62,378 nucleotides of DNA, taken from the NCBI GenBank assembly GCA_944359085.1, contig CALVSQ010000001.1, positions 1 through 62,378 of the forward strand, written 5' to 3'. The translations under genes and the position numbers were made by a program. Below the pieces are notes generated by a model. It was given only the letters and a program-made list of their open reading frames with translations, did no database searches and had not been told where the DNA came from. Shown one piece after another: positions 22,826-32,085 of this stretch. Source of the DNA: an uncultured Bacilli bacterium (GTDB lineage Bacteria; Bacillota_I; Bacilli_A; RF39; UBA660). How positions within the stretch are numbered: position 1 is the first letter of the stretch; each line of letters opens with the position of its first letter.

Positions 22826-23359
22826 ATGAGAAAAATTATTTTTATTGAAGGATTACCAAATGTTGGTAAAACTTATTTGATAAATAAGATAAGAAATCTT
22901 AATATGAAAAATGTATTTATTGTAGATGAAATTATTAATCCTAATGTAAATAATCCTTTTGCTGATGCTGAAGATTTATTTTTAAAAAATGATGAAATGA
23001 AAGTTAGTAAATATAATGAAGGAATTATTATTATTGATAGGGGACCAATTAGTACTTTAGTATATAATCAAGTTGCACACTTGATTGATAATAACTATAA
23101 TTGTAAGTATGTTGAGGAATGGTTTAAACAATTTGTTGATATTTATAATGATGATAATACATTTAATTATTATTTAAATAATCCTTTTGTGTATGAACCA
23201 TCTCTTGATGATAAATCAAATCCTTTTGGTAGTATTGACAATTTAAAATTAACACACTCTTTAATAATTTACAATTTGAAAAAATATGCTAAAAATTTCA
23301 GAGAAATTATTTATAATAAAGATAATTTAATGGAGGTTATTGATGAGATTATTAATTAA
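22826..23359 (+). CDS. P-loop kinase, thymidylate/deoxynucleoside-kinase-like fold
   Basis: IIFIEGLPNVGKTYL (Walker A) and IIIDRGPISTLVYNQ (DRxxxS..Y as in Tmk/dNK). Confidence 0.55.
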   Translation: MRKIIFIEGLPNVGKTYLINKIRNLNMKNVFIVDEIINPNVNNPFADAEDLFLKNDEMKVSKYNEGIIIIDRGPISTLVYNQVAHLIDNNYNCKYVEEWFKQFVDIYNDDNTFNYYLNNPFVYEPSLDDKSNPFGSIDNLKLTHSLIIYNLKKYAKNFREIIYNKDNLMEVIDEIIN

Positions 23360-24605
23360 TTTGTGTGCACATGATGGAATAATAAGCCATTATGCAGGTG
23401 TTGGAACCATTGTAAGAAGGTATATAGAGGCAATTAAATATTTATTAGATAAAAATAATATAAATTATCATTTAAATTTATTCACATTAGAATTTAATAA
23501 AGATAGTATGGGATATAATGAGAATATTTGGAAGGAACATAGTAATTTAGATAATACATTTATTTATATTTGTTCTAACGGAACAAATGGTGAGACTAGC
23601 TTTGGAAATATACATAATTGGAGATTAGCTTCTAAAAAAGTTTCAGAAATTATAAATAAAATTGATTTTAAAAAATATGATTATGTCATAACTTTAGCAA
23701 ACGATACTCCATTTGCTGGATTGCTTGAATTAGTAAAAGAAGAAGAAAATAGCATTAAAGCATGGATTCCTCATTCAACTGGAAAAATATATAATGAAGA
23801 CATGTCATTATCAAAAGAAAATCAAACTAGGAATGAAAGATTAGAATGGGAACAAGATGTAATTGATTATATAAATAAACATGATAGAACATACCTTATT
23901 TCAACAGGAAAATATATAAGGAATCATATTATAGATGAATATGGGTTAAATAAAGATAAAAATATAGATATTATAAATGGTGAATTGTTATTTAGAGATA
24001 ATATTTATGATAAAAATGATAGAATGAAGGAAATATTAAAAGAATTAGAAAAATATAATTCAATTATTTTGTCTTTAGGACGAGCTGAAAAATATAAAAA
24101 TTTAGATAAAACTATGTTGCTTGGTAAAGAGATGGAAATTAAATCTGTTGTTATTACACAACAATATTTTGAAAACCAACCAATTGTAGTGGATTATAAA
24201 AAGTTAGCTTTGGAAACAAATTCTATATTGTATGTCGACGAACCATTTTCTCTTCCACAATATCTTGTTCAAAATTATAGTAAAAAAATGATTATGCTGA
24301 TACCATCAGAAAGAGAAATTTTTGGACTTGTTATAAATGAAATGAGAAGATTTAACAAAGATAATGTTCTTATAGTTGCTAATAAAAGAGGTGGTCTTAT
24401 TGAACAAATAAATGACGGTATTGATGGCATTTTAGTTGATTTAGATAATATTGCTGAGACAAGTACAAAAATTAAAAAATATTTTAATGATGTTGATATT
24501 AAAAAGCTAAATAATGCTGGACAAAAAAGATTAAGTAAAGATTACGATTTAATAAAGAATTTTGATCTATTTTTAAAAAGAATATTAGGTGATGCTTATG
24601 AATAG
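23343..24605 (+). CDS. GT-B fold glycosyltransferase (GT4-like C-terminal half)
   Basis: LGRAEKYKNLD ... LIPSEREIFGLVINEMRR ... KRGGLIEQINDGIDGILVD fits the E-x-FG...E..a.G / GG..E....G..G nucleotide-sugar pocket pattern. ATG follows GGAGG. Confidence 0.6.
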   Translation: MRLLINLCAHDGIISHYAGVGTIVRRYIEAIKYLLDKNNINYHLNLFTLEFNKDSMGYNENIWKEHSNLDNTFIYICSNGTNGETSFGNIHNWRLASKKVSEIINKIDFKKYDYVITLANDTPFAGLLELVKEEENSIKAWIPHSTGKIYNEDMSLSKENQTRNERLEWEQDVIDYINKHDRTYLISTGKYIRNHIIDEYGLNKDKNIDIINGELLFRDNIYDKNDRMKEILKELEKYNSIILSLGRAEKYKNLDKTMLLGKEMEIKSVVITQQYFENQPIVVDYKKLALETNSILYVDEPFSLPQYLVQNYSKKMIMLIPSEREIFGLVINEMRRFNKDNVLIVANKRGGLIEQINDGIDGILVDLDNIAETSTKIKKYFNDVDIKKLNNAGQKRLSKDYDLIKNFDLFLKRILGDAYE

Positions 24606-25974
24606 ATTACTTCCAATAATTGATGAAATGGATACAATAGTTGATTCAAGATGCACATTTAGTGAAACACCTATGGTAAAAAATTTTTTGTTGCTATCAG
24701 AAAAAGATAAATTACAAGTTTTGGCAGATTTAGTTCGGCAGACAATATTATATTCAGAAACTCCCAATCCGGATTTTGAGTTGAAAACCTTAATAGGAGA
24801 TGATTATACTTCTTCTAAAGTATTTATAAATTATGCTAAGTTTTTAGGATTATATAACGATGTTAGACTTGCCATTGGTGGAAGCAGAAAAGGAATAGAT
24901 TTAGATGGATATAATACATCACATTTTGTGGTCGTGGTTAGAGATCTAAACAATAAAGAATATTTAGTTGATACGACTCCTGATATAGGGTATAGCTTTG
25001 GAGAAGTAAAAAGAAAAGAAGATTCAAATATATATACTTATTTAACTTATGTAGATGAAGAATTAGATGAAATAATATATGTTATTAGGAAAAGTATGTA
25101 TGAAATAAGTAAAGGATTATACCGTCAAGGACATATTGAACTATATAATTGCTATAAAAGATTATTTGATAGAGAATGTTTTAATGGACTACTACTAAAA
25201 TTTTATGATATAGTTGATAAAAGTAGTTTTTTTCAATTAAAGAATATATTGAAAAAAGAATATGGTAGTAAAATTAAAAGATTAAAAGAATTAAATATTA
25301 TGAATCAAGAACATAAGAAACGTATTATTAATAGATGGGAAGAACAGCTAAAATTTTTATTATCTCATAGTAAAGATAATAGAGCACAACAAAGAATTGC
25401 TCAACGTATCGTCGGTGAAAGAAAAAATAATTTGACTTTAAATATTAATGGGCAAAATATTAAATTAAATAATATTACTCCAAGATTATTTTGGGAATTA
25501 GGATGTAATGTCGTATTAATTAAGCCATCTTCATTTGCTGTAGGTGTTTCAGCATCTGTTACTGAATATATGATTCCTGATAGAAGCAAAATTATTACTT
25601 CTTATGATGCTAATTTAGGTGCACCTTCAGAACTAGGATTAAAACCTATGAGTTATTTTCATCCACATGGAATGAAATATGAACAACAAATGTTTGGTAT
25701 AAGTAGAATAATTTTAATACAAGATAATGCAAAAAAACTAAATGATAGGAAACATTTTATAAGAGAAAATTTTGTTCAAAAAATTGCGGGACATTATGTC
25801 AATTGGTTTGATGGAAGCAAGATGTTATGGGATCCTAGTTTAAATACTAATATGGTTCATTCAACAGATGATGCTAATGAGACTAGCATACATTTTTTAG
25901 CTGATTATCCTGAATATCAAGTATTTACTAGATATAATTATCCTAATCCAATATTAAGAAAGGAAAAGAAATAA
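24598..25974 (+). CDS. hypothetical ~458-aa protein
   Basis: Translationally overlapped with both neighbours. The N-terminal segment (SHFVVVVRD...EYLVDTTPD) vaguely recalls a papain/transglutaminase-like H...D core without the Cys. Confidence 0.5.
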   Translation: MNRLLPIIDEMDTIVDSRCTFSETPMVKNFLLLSEKDKLQVLADLVRQTILYSETPNPDFELKTLIGDDYTSSKVFINYAKFLGLYNDVRLAIGGSRKGIDLDGYNTSHFVVVVRDLNNKEYLVDTTPDIGYSFGEVKRKEDSNIYTYLTYVDEELDEIIYVIRKSMYEISKGLYRQGHIELYNCYKRLFDRECFNGLLLKFYDIVDKSSFFQLKNILKKEYGSKIKRLKELNIMNQEHKKRIINRWEEQLKFLLSHSKDNRAQQRIAQRIVGERKNNLTLNINGQNIKLNNITPRLFWELGCNVVLIKPSSFAVGVSASVTEYMIPDRSKIITSYDANLGAPSELGLKPMSYFHPHGMKYEQQMFGISRIILIQDNAKKLNDRKHFIRENFVQKIAGHYVNWFDGSKMLWDPSLNTNMVHSTDDANETSIHFLADYPEYQVFTRYNYPNPILRKEKK

Positions 25975-26459
25975 TGAATAAAGAATATGAATATAGTTTA
26001 AAAGTAAAAGATGTAAGTGAATTTATAAAATATTGTAATGATAATAATTATGTAAAAGAAGATGAGTATTTGCAAACAAGAACGCTTTTTAAAAATGGTG
26101 GACCTGTTATGGCTAGAATTACGGAAAATGAAATAAATGGTAAAGTAGAAAAGATACTTAATTTTAAAGATGATAATTTAAATGATAATACTTTGAAAAT
26201 ATCAAGAGAAAGTAAAGATTTAATTGTTACTTCAGAAAATGAAGAATTTGTTGAATCATTACTTCAAATATTAGATTTAAATAATAAGAAAGTTTTAAAA
26301 AGAAAAAGATATGTATTTGTTAAAGAATATGTTAAGTTTGAAATTGATGAATATTTAGAGCCTATTATGAATGTTATAGCTATTGAAGGAATTAAAGAAG
26401 AAGTAGATAAAGTATATGAATCTTTATCCGAACTTATAAATATTCAAAAGGTTGATTAA
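25974..26459 (+). CDS. CYTH-like (triphosphate tunnel metalloenzyme) domain protein
   Basis: N-terminal EYEYSLKV (ExExK-like) and C-terminal KRKRYVFVKEYVKFEIDEYLEP..VIAIEG resemble the CYTH strands. TAATG overlap with the upstream gene. Confidence 0.45.
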   Translation: MNKEYEYSLKVKDVSEFIKYCNDNNYVKEDEYLQTRTLFKNGGPVMARITENEINGKVEKILNFKDDNLNDNTLKISRESKDLIVTSENEEFVESLLQILDLNNKKVLKRKRYVFVKEYVKFEIDEYLEPIMNVIAIEGIKEEVDKVYESLSELINIQKVD

Positions 26460-26480
26460 AAGAATGAATCATTCTTTTTT
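26458..26480 (+). terminator. rho-independent terminator of the cassette operon
   Basis: AAAAGAAT-gaatc-ATTCTTTT with a T-run. Confidence 0.6.
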
Positions 26481-26661
26481 ATTTAAAAGTTTTTTGTTTG
26501 TAGCATAAACATATAGTATATTTTATTTTTAAAATTTAGTTTGAATTATAAAGATAATAATTTAGAGGTATGCGTTTTTACTATCAATTGCATCTTCGTT
26601 GTTTGAAAAATAATAGTAGAAACTAGTCATTCTTAAATTATTACTGCTTCCAAAGTGTAGT

Positions 26662-26776
26662 AAGAGGATTTGTAGCACCATCAGGGAAAAACTTAGTATG
26701 TATTCCTGCATTTACTGACATAGTAATTGATGGTGAAGAAAGAACTGCAATTAAATTAATCGTAGAGGCTAAATAG
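26662..26776 (+). pseudogene. spoVS 3' fragment (codons 50-86 only), direct repeat copy 2
   Basis: Encodes RGFVAPSGKNLVCIPAFTDIVIDGEERTAIKLIVEAK-stop with no 5' part. Followed by its own terminator GGCT-aaat-AGCC plus T8 (26767-26786). Confidence 0.85.
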
Positions 26777-26815
26777 CCTTTTTTTTATATTCTCATATAA
26801 TAATATGGTGATTAT

Positions 26816-27760
26816 ATGAAAGAATTAATAGGAAATACTCCTTTAATAAAAATAAAATATAGGTATCAAAATAAAATAAAAAATGTCTATGCAAAATTAG
26901 AATATTATAATTTAACAGGAAGTATAAAAGATAGAATGGCTTATTATATAGTAACTGAAGCATATAAAAATAAAACATTAAATAAAAATCAACCAATTAT
27001 CGAAGCAACAAGCGGCAATACAGGAATATCATTAGCAGCAGTAGGAGCAAAGTTCAATAATCCTGTTTATATCTTTATGCCAGATTGGGTGAGTAAAGAA
27101 AGAAAAAATATAATGGAAAAATATGGTGCTAAAGTCTATTTAGTTTCTAAACAAGAAGGTGGCTTTGTGGAATGTATTAAAAGAGCCAATCAATTAGCAA
27201 AAGAACTTAACGGTTTTAGACCAAATCAATTTGAAAATAAACTAAATGAAGAAATAAATTACATGACGACTGCTCAAGAAATTATAAATAAAAATATAAA
27301 AATTAGTGGATTTGTAAGTGGAGTAGGAACAGGTGGTACTTTGATGGGAATAGGTAAAAAATTAAAAGAAATATATAAAAATTCAAAGGTGATTGCAATA
27401 GAACCAGAAAACTTACCAATTATAAGTAAAGGGATAAACGAAGGAACACATAAAATTGAAGGAATAGGTGATGAATTTATACCTCAATTATTAGATAAAA
27501 ATATAATTGATCAAATAATATTAATAAATGATGAAGATGCAATAAATATGACAAACTTATTAGCAAGTAAACTTGGGTTAGGAGTTGGAATATCAAGTGG
27601 TGCTAATTTTTTAGGAGCAGTGCTAAGCAATTTAGATAATGTAGTAACAGTGTTTCCAGATGATTTAAAAAAATATCTTAGTGTTGATAACAAAATTAAA
27701 GAACAAGAAAACAATTTCATATCAAATAAAATAGAATTAATAGATTTTGAAATAGTTTAA
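26816..27760 (+). CDS. cysK: cysteine synthase A (O-acetylserine sulfhydrylase)
   Basis: PLP-lysine motif GSIKDRMA, TSGNTGISLA, GVGTGGTLMG. Confidence 0.9.
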   Translation: MKELIGNTPLIKIKYRYQNKIKNVYAKLEYYNLTGSIKDRMAYYIVTEAYKNKTLNKNQPIIEATSGNTGISLAAVGAKFNNPVYIFMPDWVSKERKNIMEKYGAKVYLVSKQEGGFVECIKRANQLAKELNGFRPNQFENKLNEEINYMTTAQEIINKNIKISGFVSGVGTGGTLMGIGKKLKEIYKNSKVIAIEPENLPIISKGINEGTHKIEGIGDEFIPQLLDKNIIDQIILINDEDAINMTNLLASKLGLGVGISSGANFLGAVLSNLDNVVTVFPDDLKKYLSVDNKIKEQENNFISNKIELIDFEIV

Positions 27761-27810
27761 ATTGCTTGATTTTTTTGAAATATAAATATATAATTAAATA
27801 GGTGGTTAAA

Positions 27811-28242
27811 ATGGATAATAATTTAAAAAGAAGCATTATTTTAGAACATTATCAAAATCCAAAAAATAAAGGATTAATAAGTGATAGCACATATTTGACT
27901 TCTAATACAAATAACGAAAGTTGTATCGATGAAATAAATCTAATGGCAAAAATCGATAATAACAAAATTGTTGACATTAGATTTGATGGTGAAGCTTGTG
28001 CAATATGCACAAGTAGTACATCAATAATGATAGATACATTAATTAATAAAACAATAGAAGAAGCTAATGAAATATATAATAATTTTGAAAATATGATAAA
28101 TGAAAAAGAATTTAATAAAAATATTTTAGAACAAGCAATAGTATATGAAGACATATACAAACAACCTAATAGAAAAAAATGCGCATTGCTTCCATGGTGG
28201 GGAATAAAAAAAATAATCGACAAGGAAAATAAAAATGACTAA
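27811..28242 (+). CDS. sufU: SufU-type Fe-S cluster scaffold/sulfur acceptor
   Basis: ILEHYQNPKNKG plus three conserved Cys contexts (ESCIDEI, GEACAIC, RKKCALLPW). Confidence 0.85.
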   Translation: MDNNLKRSIILEHYQNPKNKGLISDSTYLTSNTNNESCIDEINLMAKIDNNKIVDIRFDGEACAICTSSTSIMIDTLINKTIEEANEIYNNFENMINEKEFNKNILEQAIVYEDIYKQPNRKKCALLPWWGIKKIIDKENKND

Positions 28243-29542
28243 AGGATTAACTAAAACAAAAATAAAAGAAATATCAAAAATAAAAAAAGAACCCAAGTGG
28301 ATGCTAGAATTTAGGTTAAAATCATTTGAAGCATTTACAAATTTTGATAATCCATTTTTTGGACCAAATTTAAATATAAAATTTGATGAAATAAATTATT
28401 ATAAAAAAGTAACTGATAAGATAGCAGATAATTGGAAAGATGTACCAGAAGATGCAAAAACAGTCTTTGAAAAAGTAGGGTTAATTGATGCTGAAAAAAA
28501 ATATTTATCTGGTGTAGGAGCTCAATTTGAAAGTGAAGTTATATATCATAATATGCTAGAAGAATTAATCAAAAAAAATATTATCTTTTGTGATACTGAT
28601 ACGGCTTTAAAAAAATATCCAGATTTATTTAAAAAATATTTTAATAAGCTAGTAAAATATGATGAAAATAAATATACAGCATTAAACGGAGCAGTTTGGA
28701 GTGGTGGGACGTTTATATATGTACCACCAAATACAAAATTAGATCGTCCTTTACAAAGCTACTTTAGAATAAATACAAAAAATATGGGACAATTTGAAAG
28801 AACTATCATTATAGTAGATGAAAATAGCGAATTACATTATATGGAAGGATGTACAGCCCCAACATATACATCAGATTCACTACATGCAGCAGTTGTTGAA
28901 ATATATGTAGGAAAAAATGCTAAATGCCGTTATACAACGATTCAAAATTGGTCAACTGATGTTTATAATTTAGTAACAAAACGTGCAATTGTTGAAGAAA
29001 ATGGATTAATGGAATGGATAGATGGCAACATAGGATCTGGAATTAATATGAAATATCCAGCATGCATTTTAAACGGAAAATATGCTAAAGGAAACACAAT
29101 ATCTGTTGCAATAGCTTCAAAAAACCAAATTCAAGATACAGGAGCAAAAATGATTCATTTAGCCCCTTATACTACAAGCAATATCATAAGTAAATCAATA
29201 GCAGCAAATGGTGGCGAAGCAAACTATAGGGGAACAGTAAATATTACAAAAAAAGCAGTTAATTCAAAAAGTAAAATAAAATGTGATACAATCATAATAG
29301 ATGATTATTCTAAAAGTGACACGATACCTAAAAATATAGTTAGCAACAATACTTCAAATTTGGAACATGAAGCTACAGTTTCAAAATTAGATCAAGATAA
29401 ATTATTTTACTTGATGAGCAAAGGTTTAAGCGAAGAAAAAGCTAAAGAATTATTAATAATTGGTTTTATTGATAAATTTAAAGAAGAATTACCTATGGAA
29501 TATGCTGTAGAATTAAATAATTTATTAAAAAACTATTTTTAA
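28235..29542 (+). CDS. sufB: Fe-S cluster assembly protein SufB
   Basis: Blocks such as GAVWSGGTFIYVP, FERTIIIVDENSELHYMEGCTAP, IQNWS, HEATVSK typical of SufB. Confidence 0.9.
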   Translation: MTKGLTKTKIKEISKIKKEPKWMLEFRLKSFEAFTNFDNPFFGPNLNIKFDEINYYKKVTDKIADNWKDVPEDAKTVFEKVGLIDAEKKYLSGVGAQFESEVIYHNMLEELIKKNIIFCDTDTALKKYPDLFKKYFNKLVKYDENKYTALNGAVWSGGTFIYVPPNTKLDRPLQSYFRINTKNMGQFERTIIIVDENSELHYMEGCTAPTYTSDSLHAAVVEIYVGKNAKCRYTTIQNWSTDVYNLVTKRAIVEENGLMEWIDGNIGSGINMKYPACILNGKYAKGNTISVAIASKNQIQDTGAKMIHLAPYTTSNIISKSIAANGGEANYRGTVNITKKAVNSKSKIKCDTIIIDDYSKSDTIPKNIVSNNTSNLEHEATVSKLDQDKLFYLMSKGLSEEKAKELLIIGFIDKFKEELPMEYAVELNNLLKNYF

Positions 29543-29590
29543 TTTAGTTTATAATATGTTATAATATTATTAAGAATAAAGGAGGAAAAA

Positions 29591-29896
29591 ATGAAAAAAC
29601 TATTATTAGTATTAGTGACATTAACACTTTTAGTAGGTTGCAGTAATCAAAAAGAATATGAAAAAGCAATGAAAGAAAATGCAACATTATTTTATAACGA
29701 TTATCAAAAAGGTCAACAAGGATTAACAAATCCAACAATATCAATTAAACAATTAAAAGATGCTAACGAGTATGTAGATGCAAATTATGATTTAAGCAAG
29801 CTAGAAAAATGCAAAGATGAATCATATGTTGAATTGATAATTGATCAGGATACAAAAGAAGTTACAGGTGCAAAATACTATATGCAATGTGAATAA
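29591..29896 (+). CDS. small lipoprotein
   Basis: Signal peptide with lipobox LLVGC. Confidence 0.7.
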   Translation: MKKLLLVLVTLTLLVGCSNQKEYEKAMKENATLFYNDYQKGQQGLTNPTISIKQLKDANEYVDANYDLSKLEKCKDESYVELIIDQDTKEVTGAKYYMQCE

Positions 29897-30108
29897 AACT
29901 TATCAAATAATGATAAGTTTTTTAATTTTTTTGAAATTTTATATAATTTTAAAAATTAAATATACTCATCAGCTAAATTTGCTATATAAAAGTTAAAATT
30001 TACTAATCAAACTAGAAAAATCAATAAAATAACTTAATGAAAAAATAAAAAATTGACATTTGAATCGTTTTTTAATACGTGATATATTGTTCTTGAAAGG
30101 AGGAAAAT

Positions 30109-30441
30109 ATGCTAAATCAATCGATATTAGTAGGTAGAATTGTTAAAGAACCGGAAGTAAGAGAAACAGAAAATGGTACAAAAGTCACTAACATAACATT
30201 AGCTGTTCAAAGACCATATAAAAATGTAGAAGGTGAGTATGATACCGATTTTATTTCTTGTGTATTGTGGAAAGGAATAGCCGAAACAACTGCTGAATAT
30301 TGCAAAAAAGGTGATTTAATAGGTATAAGAGGAAGAATACAATCAAAAATTACTGAATATCCAAATGATATAAAACATAATGTTATGGAAGTAGTTGCTG
30401 AAAGAGTTACTTTTTTATCAAGTAAAAAACAAGAAGATTAA
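30109..30441 (+). CDS. ssb: single-stranded DNA-binding protein, short form lacking the acidic C-terminal tail (SsbB-like)
   Basis: OB-fold N-terminus MLNQSILVGRIVKEPEVRETENGTKVTNITLAV. 110 aa, ends SSKKQED. Confidence 0.85.
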   Translation: MLNQSILVGRIVKEPEVRETENGTKVTNITLAVQRPYKNVEGEYDTDFISCVLWKGIAETTAEYCKKGDLIGIRGRIQSKITEYPNDIKHNVMEVVAERVTFLSSKKQED

Positions 30442-30445
30442 AAAT

Positions 30446-30472
30446 AACCCCGTTAATAATAAAAACGGGGTT
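30446..30472. terminator. bidirectional terminator between ssb and the convergent XRE gene
   Basis: AACCCCGTT-N9-AACGGGGTT, a perfect 9-bp GC-containing stem. Confidence 0.7.
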
Positions 30473-30686
30473 AAATATTATCCATGTATTTTTTTACATA
30501 ATCTTCATAAAATAAAACGTCTGGTTTCATTTTAAATATCTTGGCAATTTTTAAAGCGGTTTCATAACTTAATCTCCTTTTTTGATTTTCAATTTGCCAA
30601 TAAAAAGATTTACTAATATTTAATTTGTTAGCCATATCTTGACAACTATAGTTATATTTCATACGATATTGTTGTAACTTACTCAT
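30471..30686 (-). CDS. XRE-family HTH protein
   Basis: YSCQDMANKLNISKSFYWQIENQKR helix-turn-helix. Confidence 0.8.
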   Translation of the reverse strand: MSKLQQYRMKYNYSCQDMANKLNISKSFYWQIENQKRRLSYETALKIAKIFKMKPDVLFYEDYVKKYMDNI

Positions 30687-30822
30687 AAATATTACCTCCT
30701 TATGTTAATTATACATTAACTTTATATTAATTTCAAGTAAATATTAACAAATAATTAAAAAAGTTGTAAAATAGAAAATATAATGATATAATTATGTTAA
30801 CAATTTGATTACGGAGGTTTAT

Positions 30823-31182
30823 ATGATAATAGGTGAAAGATTAAAAGAAGCTAGATTAGCTAAAAAAATGTCACAAGAAACATTAGGTAAAATTTTAGGA
30901 GTATCAAAAGTTTCAATATGTGGTTACGAAACAGGAACACGTACACCAAATATGAGTAACTTCTTAAAATTAATTGAAATATTAGATCTAGATGCTAAAT
31001 ATGTATTAGGTATGGATGTTAAAGTAATTAATGAAGATAATGAAGAATACCCAGTAAAATTAGCTAAAACTGATATTCAAATAATTGAAGAATTAAAGAA
31101 AAATCGTGAATTATATAATATGTTTTGTTCTAATCCAAAAAGAACAGTTGAAAGAGTTAAGAGTAAATTAAATTTAAAATAA
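30823..31182 (+). CDS. XRE-family HTH transcriptional regulator
   Basis: IGERLKEARLAKKMSQETLGKILGVSKVSICGYETGTRTP. ATG follows GGAGG. Confidence 0.8.
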   Translation: MIIGERLKEARLAKKMSQETLGKILGVSKVSICGYETGTRTPNMSNFLKLIEILDLDAKYVLGMDVKVINEDNEEYPVKLAKTDIQIIEELKKNRELYNMFCSNPKRTVERVKSKLNLK

Positions 31183-31236
31183 TTACTCTTTTATTTTTAA
31201 AGTATTTGGGGTATAATACTATTAGGAGAGAATACT

Positions 31237-32085
31237 ATGTATAGAAAAAAACAAAAAGAAAAAAGAAATAAAATAATAATTATATGTGTATTAATTTTTT
31301 GTCTAATAACAGGATTTATTATTAATGTAGTAATGACAGATAGAAACTTAACAATATTTGAAAAAACTATTAAAGACAGTGTTTTAACTGTTCAAAAAAT
31401 ATTAGCTTTCCCAATTGATTTTGTTGCCAATAAAATAAATGAAAATAATGAAAAAAATAAAATGTATGAAAAATATATAGAATTAGAAAATCAAGTAAAA
31501 GAAAATGAAAAATATAAAGTAGAAAACGAAGAATTAAAAAAACAACTTTCTGATATGAAAGAATTATTAAACATAAATGATACCATTGCAGAATATACTT
31601 ATTTAAATGCAAATGTAATAAATAGAAATTTAGATTATTGGAATGATACTTTAATTATAAATAAAGGTGAACATGATGGTATTACTAAAGATATGCCAGT
31701 TGTAATAGGAACTAATTTAATAGGTAAGGTTATAAGTACAACAACATTTAATAGTACAGTGAGATTAATTACAGCTACCGATGTTGTTGATAAAATATCA
31801 GTAAAAATTAAAAATGGTGATGATTATATTTATGGAATATTAAATGGTTATAATAAAGAAAATGATACTTATACAATTGAAGGTATCTCACAAAATGCCA
31901 AAATAGAAAATGGATCAATTGTAACCACAACAGGAATGGGGGATATATTTCCTGCTGGAATAGTAATAGGAAAAATAACTGGAATAAATACTGATGCATT
32001 TGATTTATCTAATGTTTTAGAAATGAAGTCTGATGTAAATTTTGATAATGTAAACTATGTTACAGTATTAAGGAGAAATATATGA
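31237..32085 (+). CDS. mreC: rod shape-determining protein MreC
   Basis: N-terminal TM, coiled-coil, then the MreC beta-domain (GINTDAFDL..., GMGDIFPAGIVIGKI). Confidence 0.85.
   Translation: MYRKKQKEKRNKIIIICVLIFCLITGFIINVVMTDRNLTIFEKTIKDSVLTVQKILAFPIDFVANKINENNEKNKMYEKYIELENQVKENEKYKVENEELKKQLSDMKELLNINDTIAEYTYLNANVINRNLDYWNDTLIINKGEHDGITKDMPVVIGTNLIGKVISTTTFNSTVRLITATDVVDKISVKIKNGDDYIYGILNGYNKENDTYTIEGISQNAKIENGSIVTTTGMGDIFPAGIVIGKITGINTDAFDLSNVLEMKSDVNFDNVNYVTVLRRNI

Larger units (their letters stand above)
22590..26661. mobile_element. recombinase-less 4.07 kb cassette inserted in the spoVS 3' end
   Basis: Bracketed by the 115-nt direct repeat. Carries one four-gene operon with its own promoter and terminator. 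Confidence 0.6.

Noticed and set aside
27852-28223. Long antisense ORFs fully embedded in conserved genes (27852-28223 in sufU, 39284-39664 in the response regulator, 61955-62209 in nusG, 13309-13554 in recombinase A, 48783-49013 over the MazG-like gene, and others)
   Set aside because: The opposite-strand genes have clear family motifs. AT-rich genomes produce long spurious antisense frames, and no independent translation signals are present.
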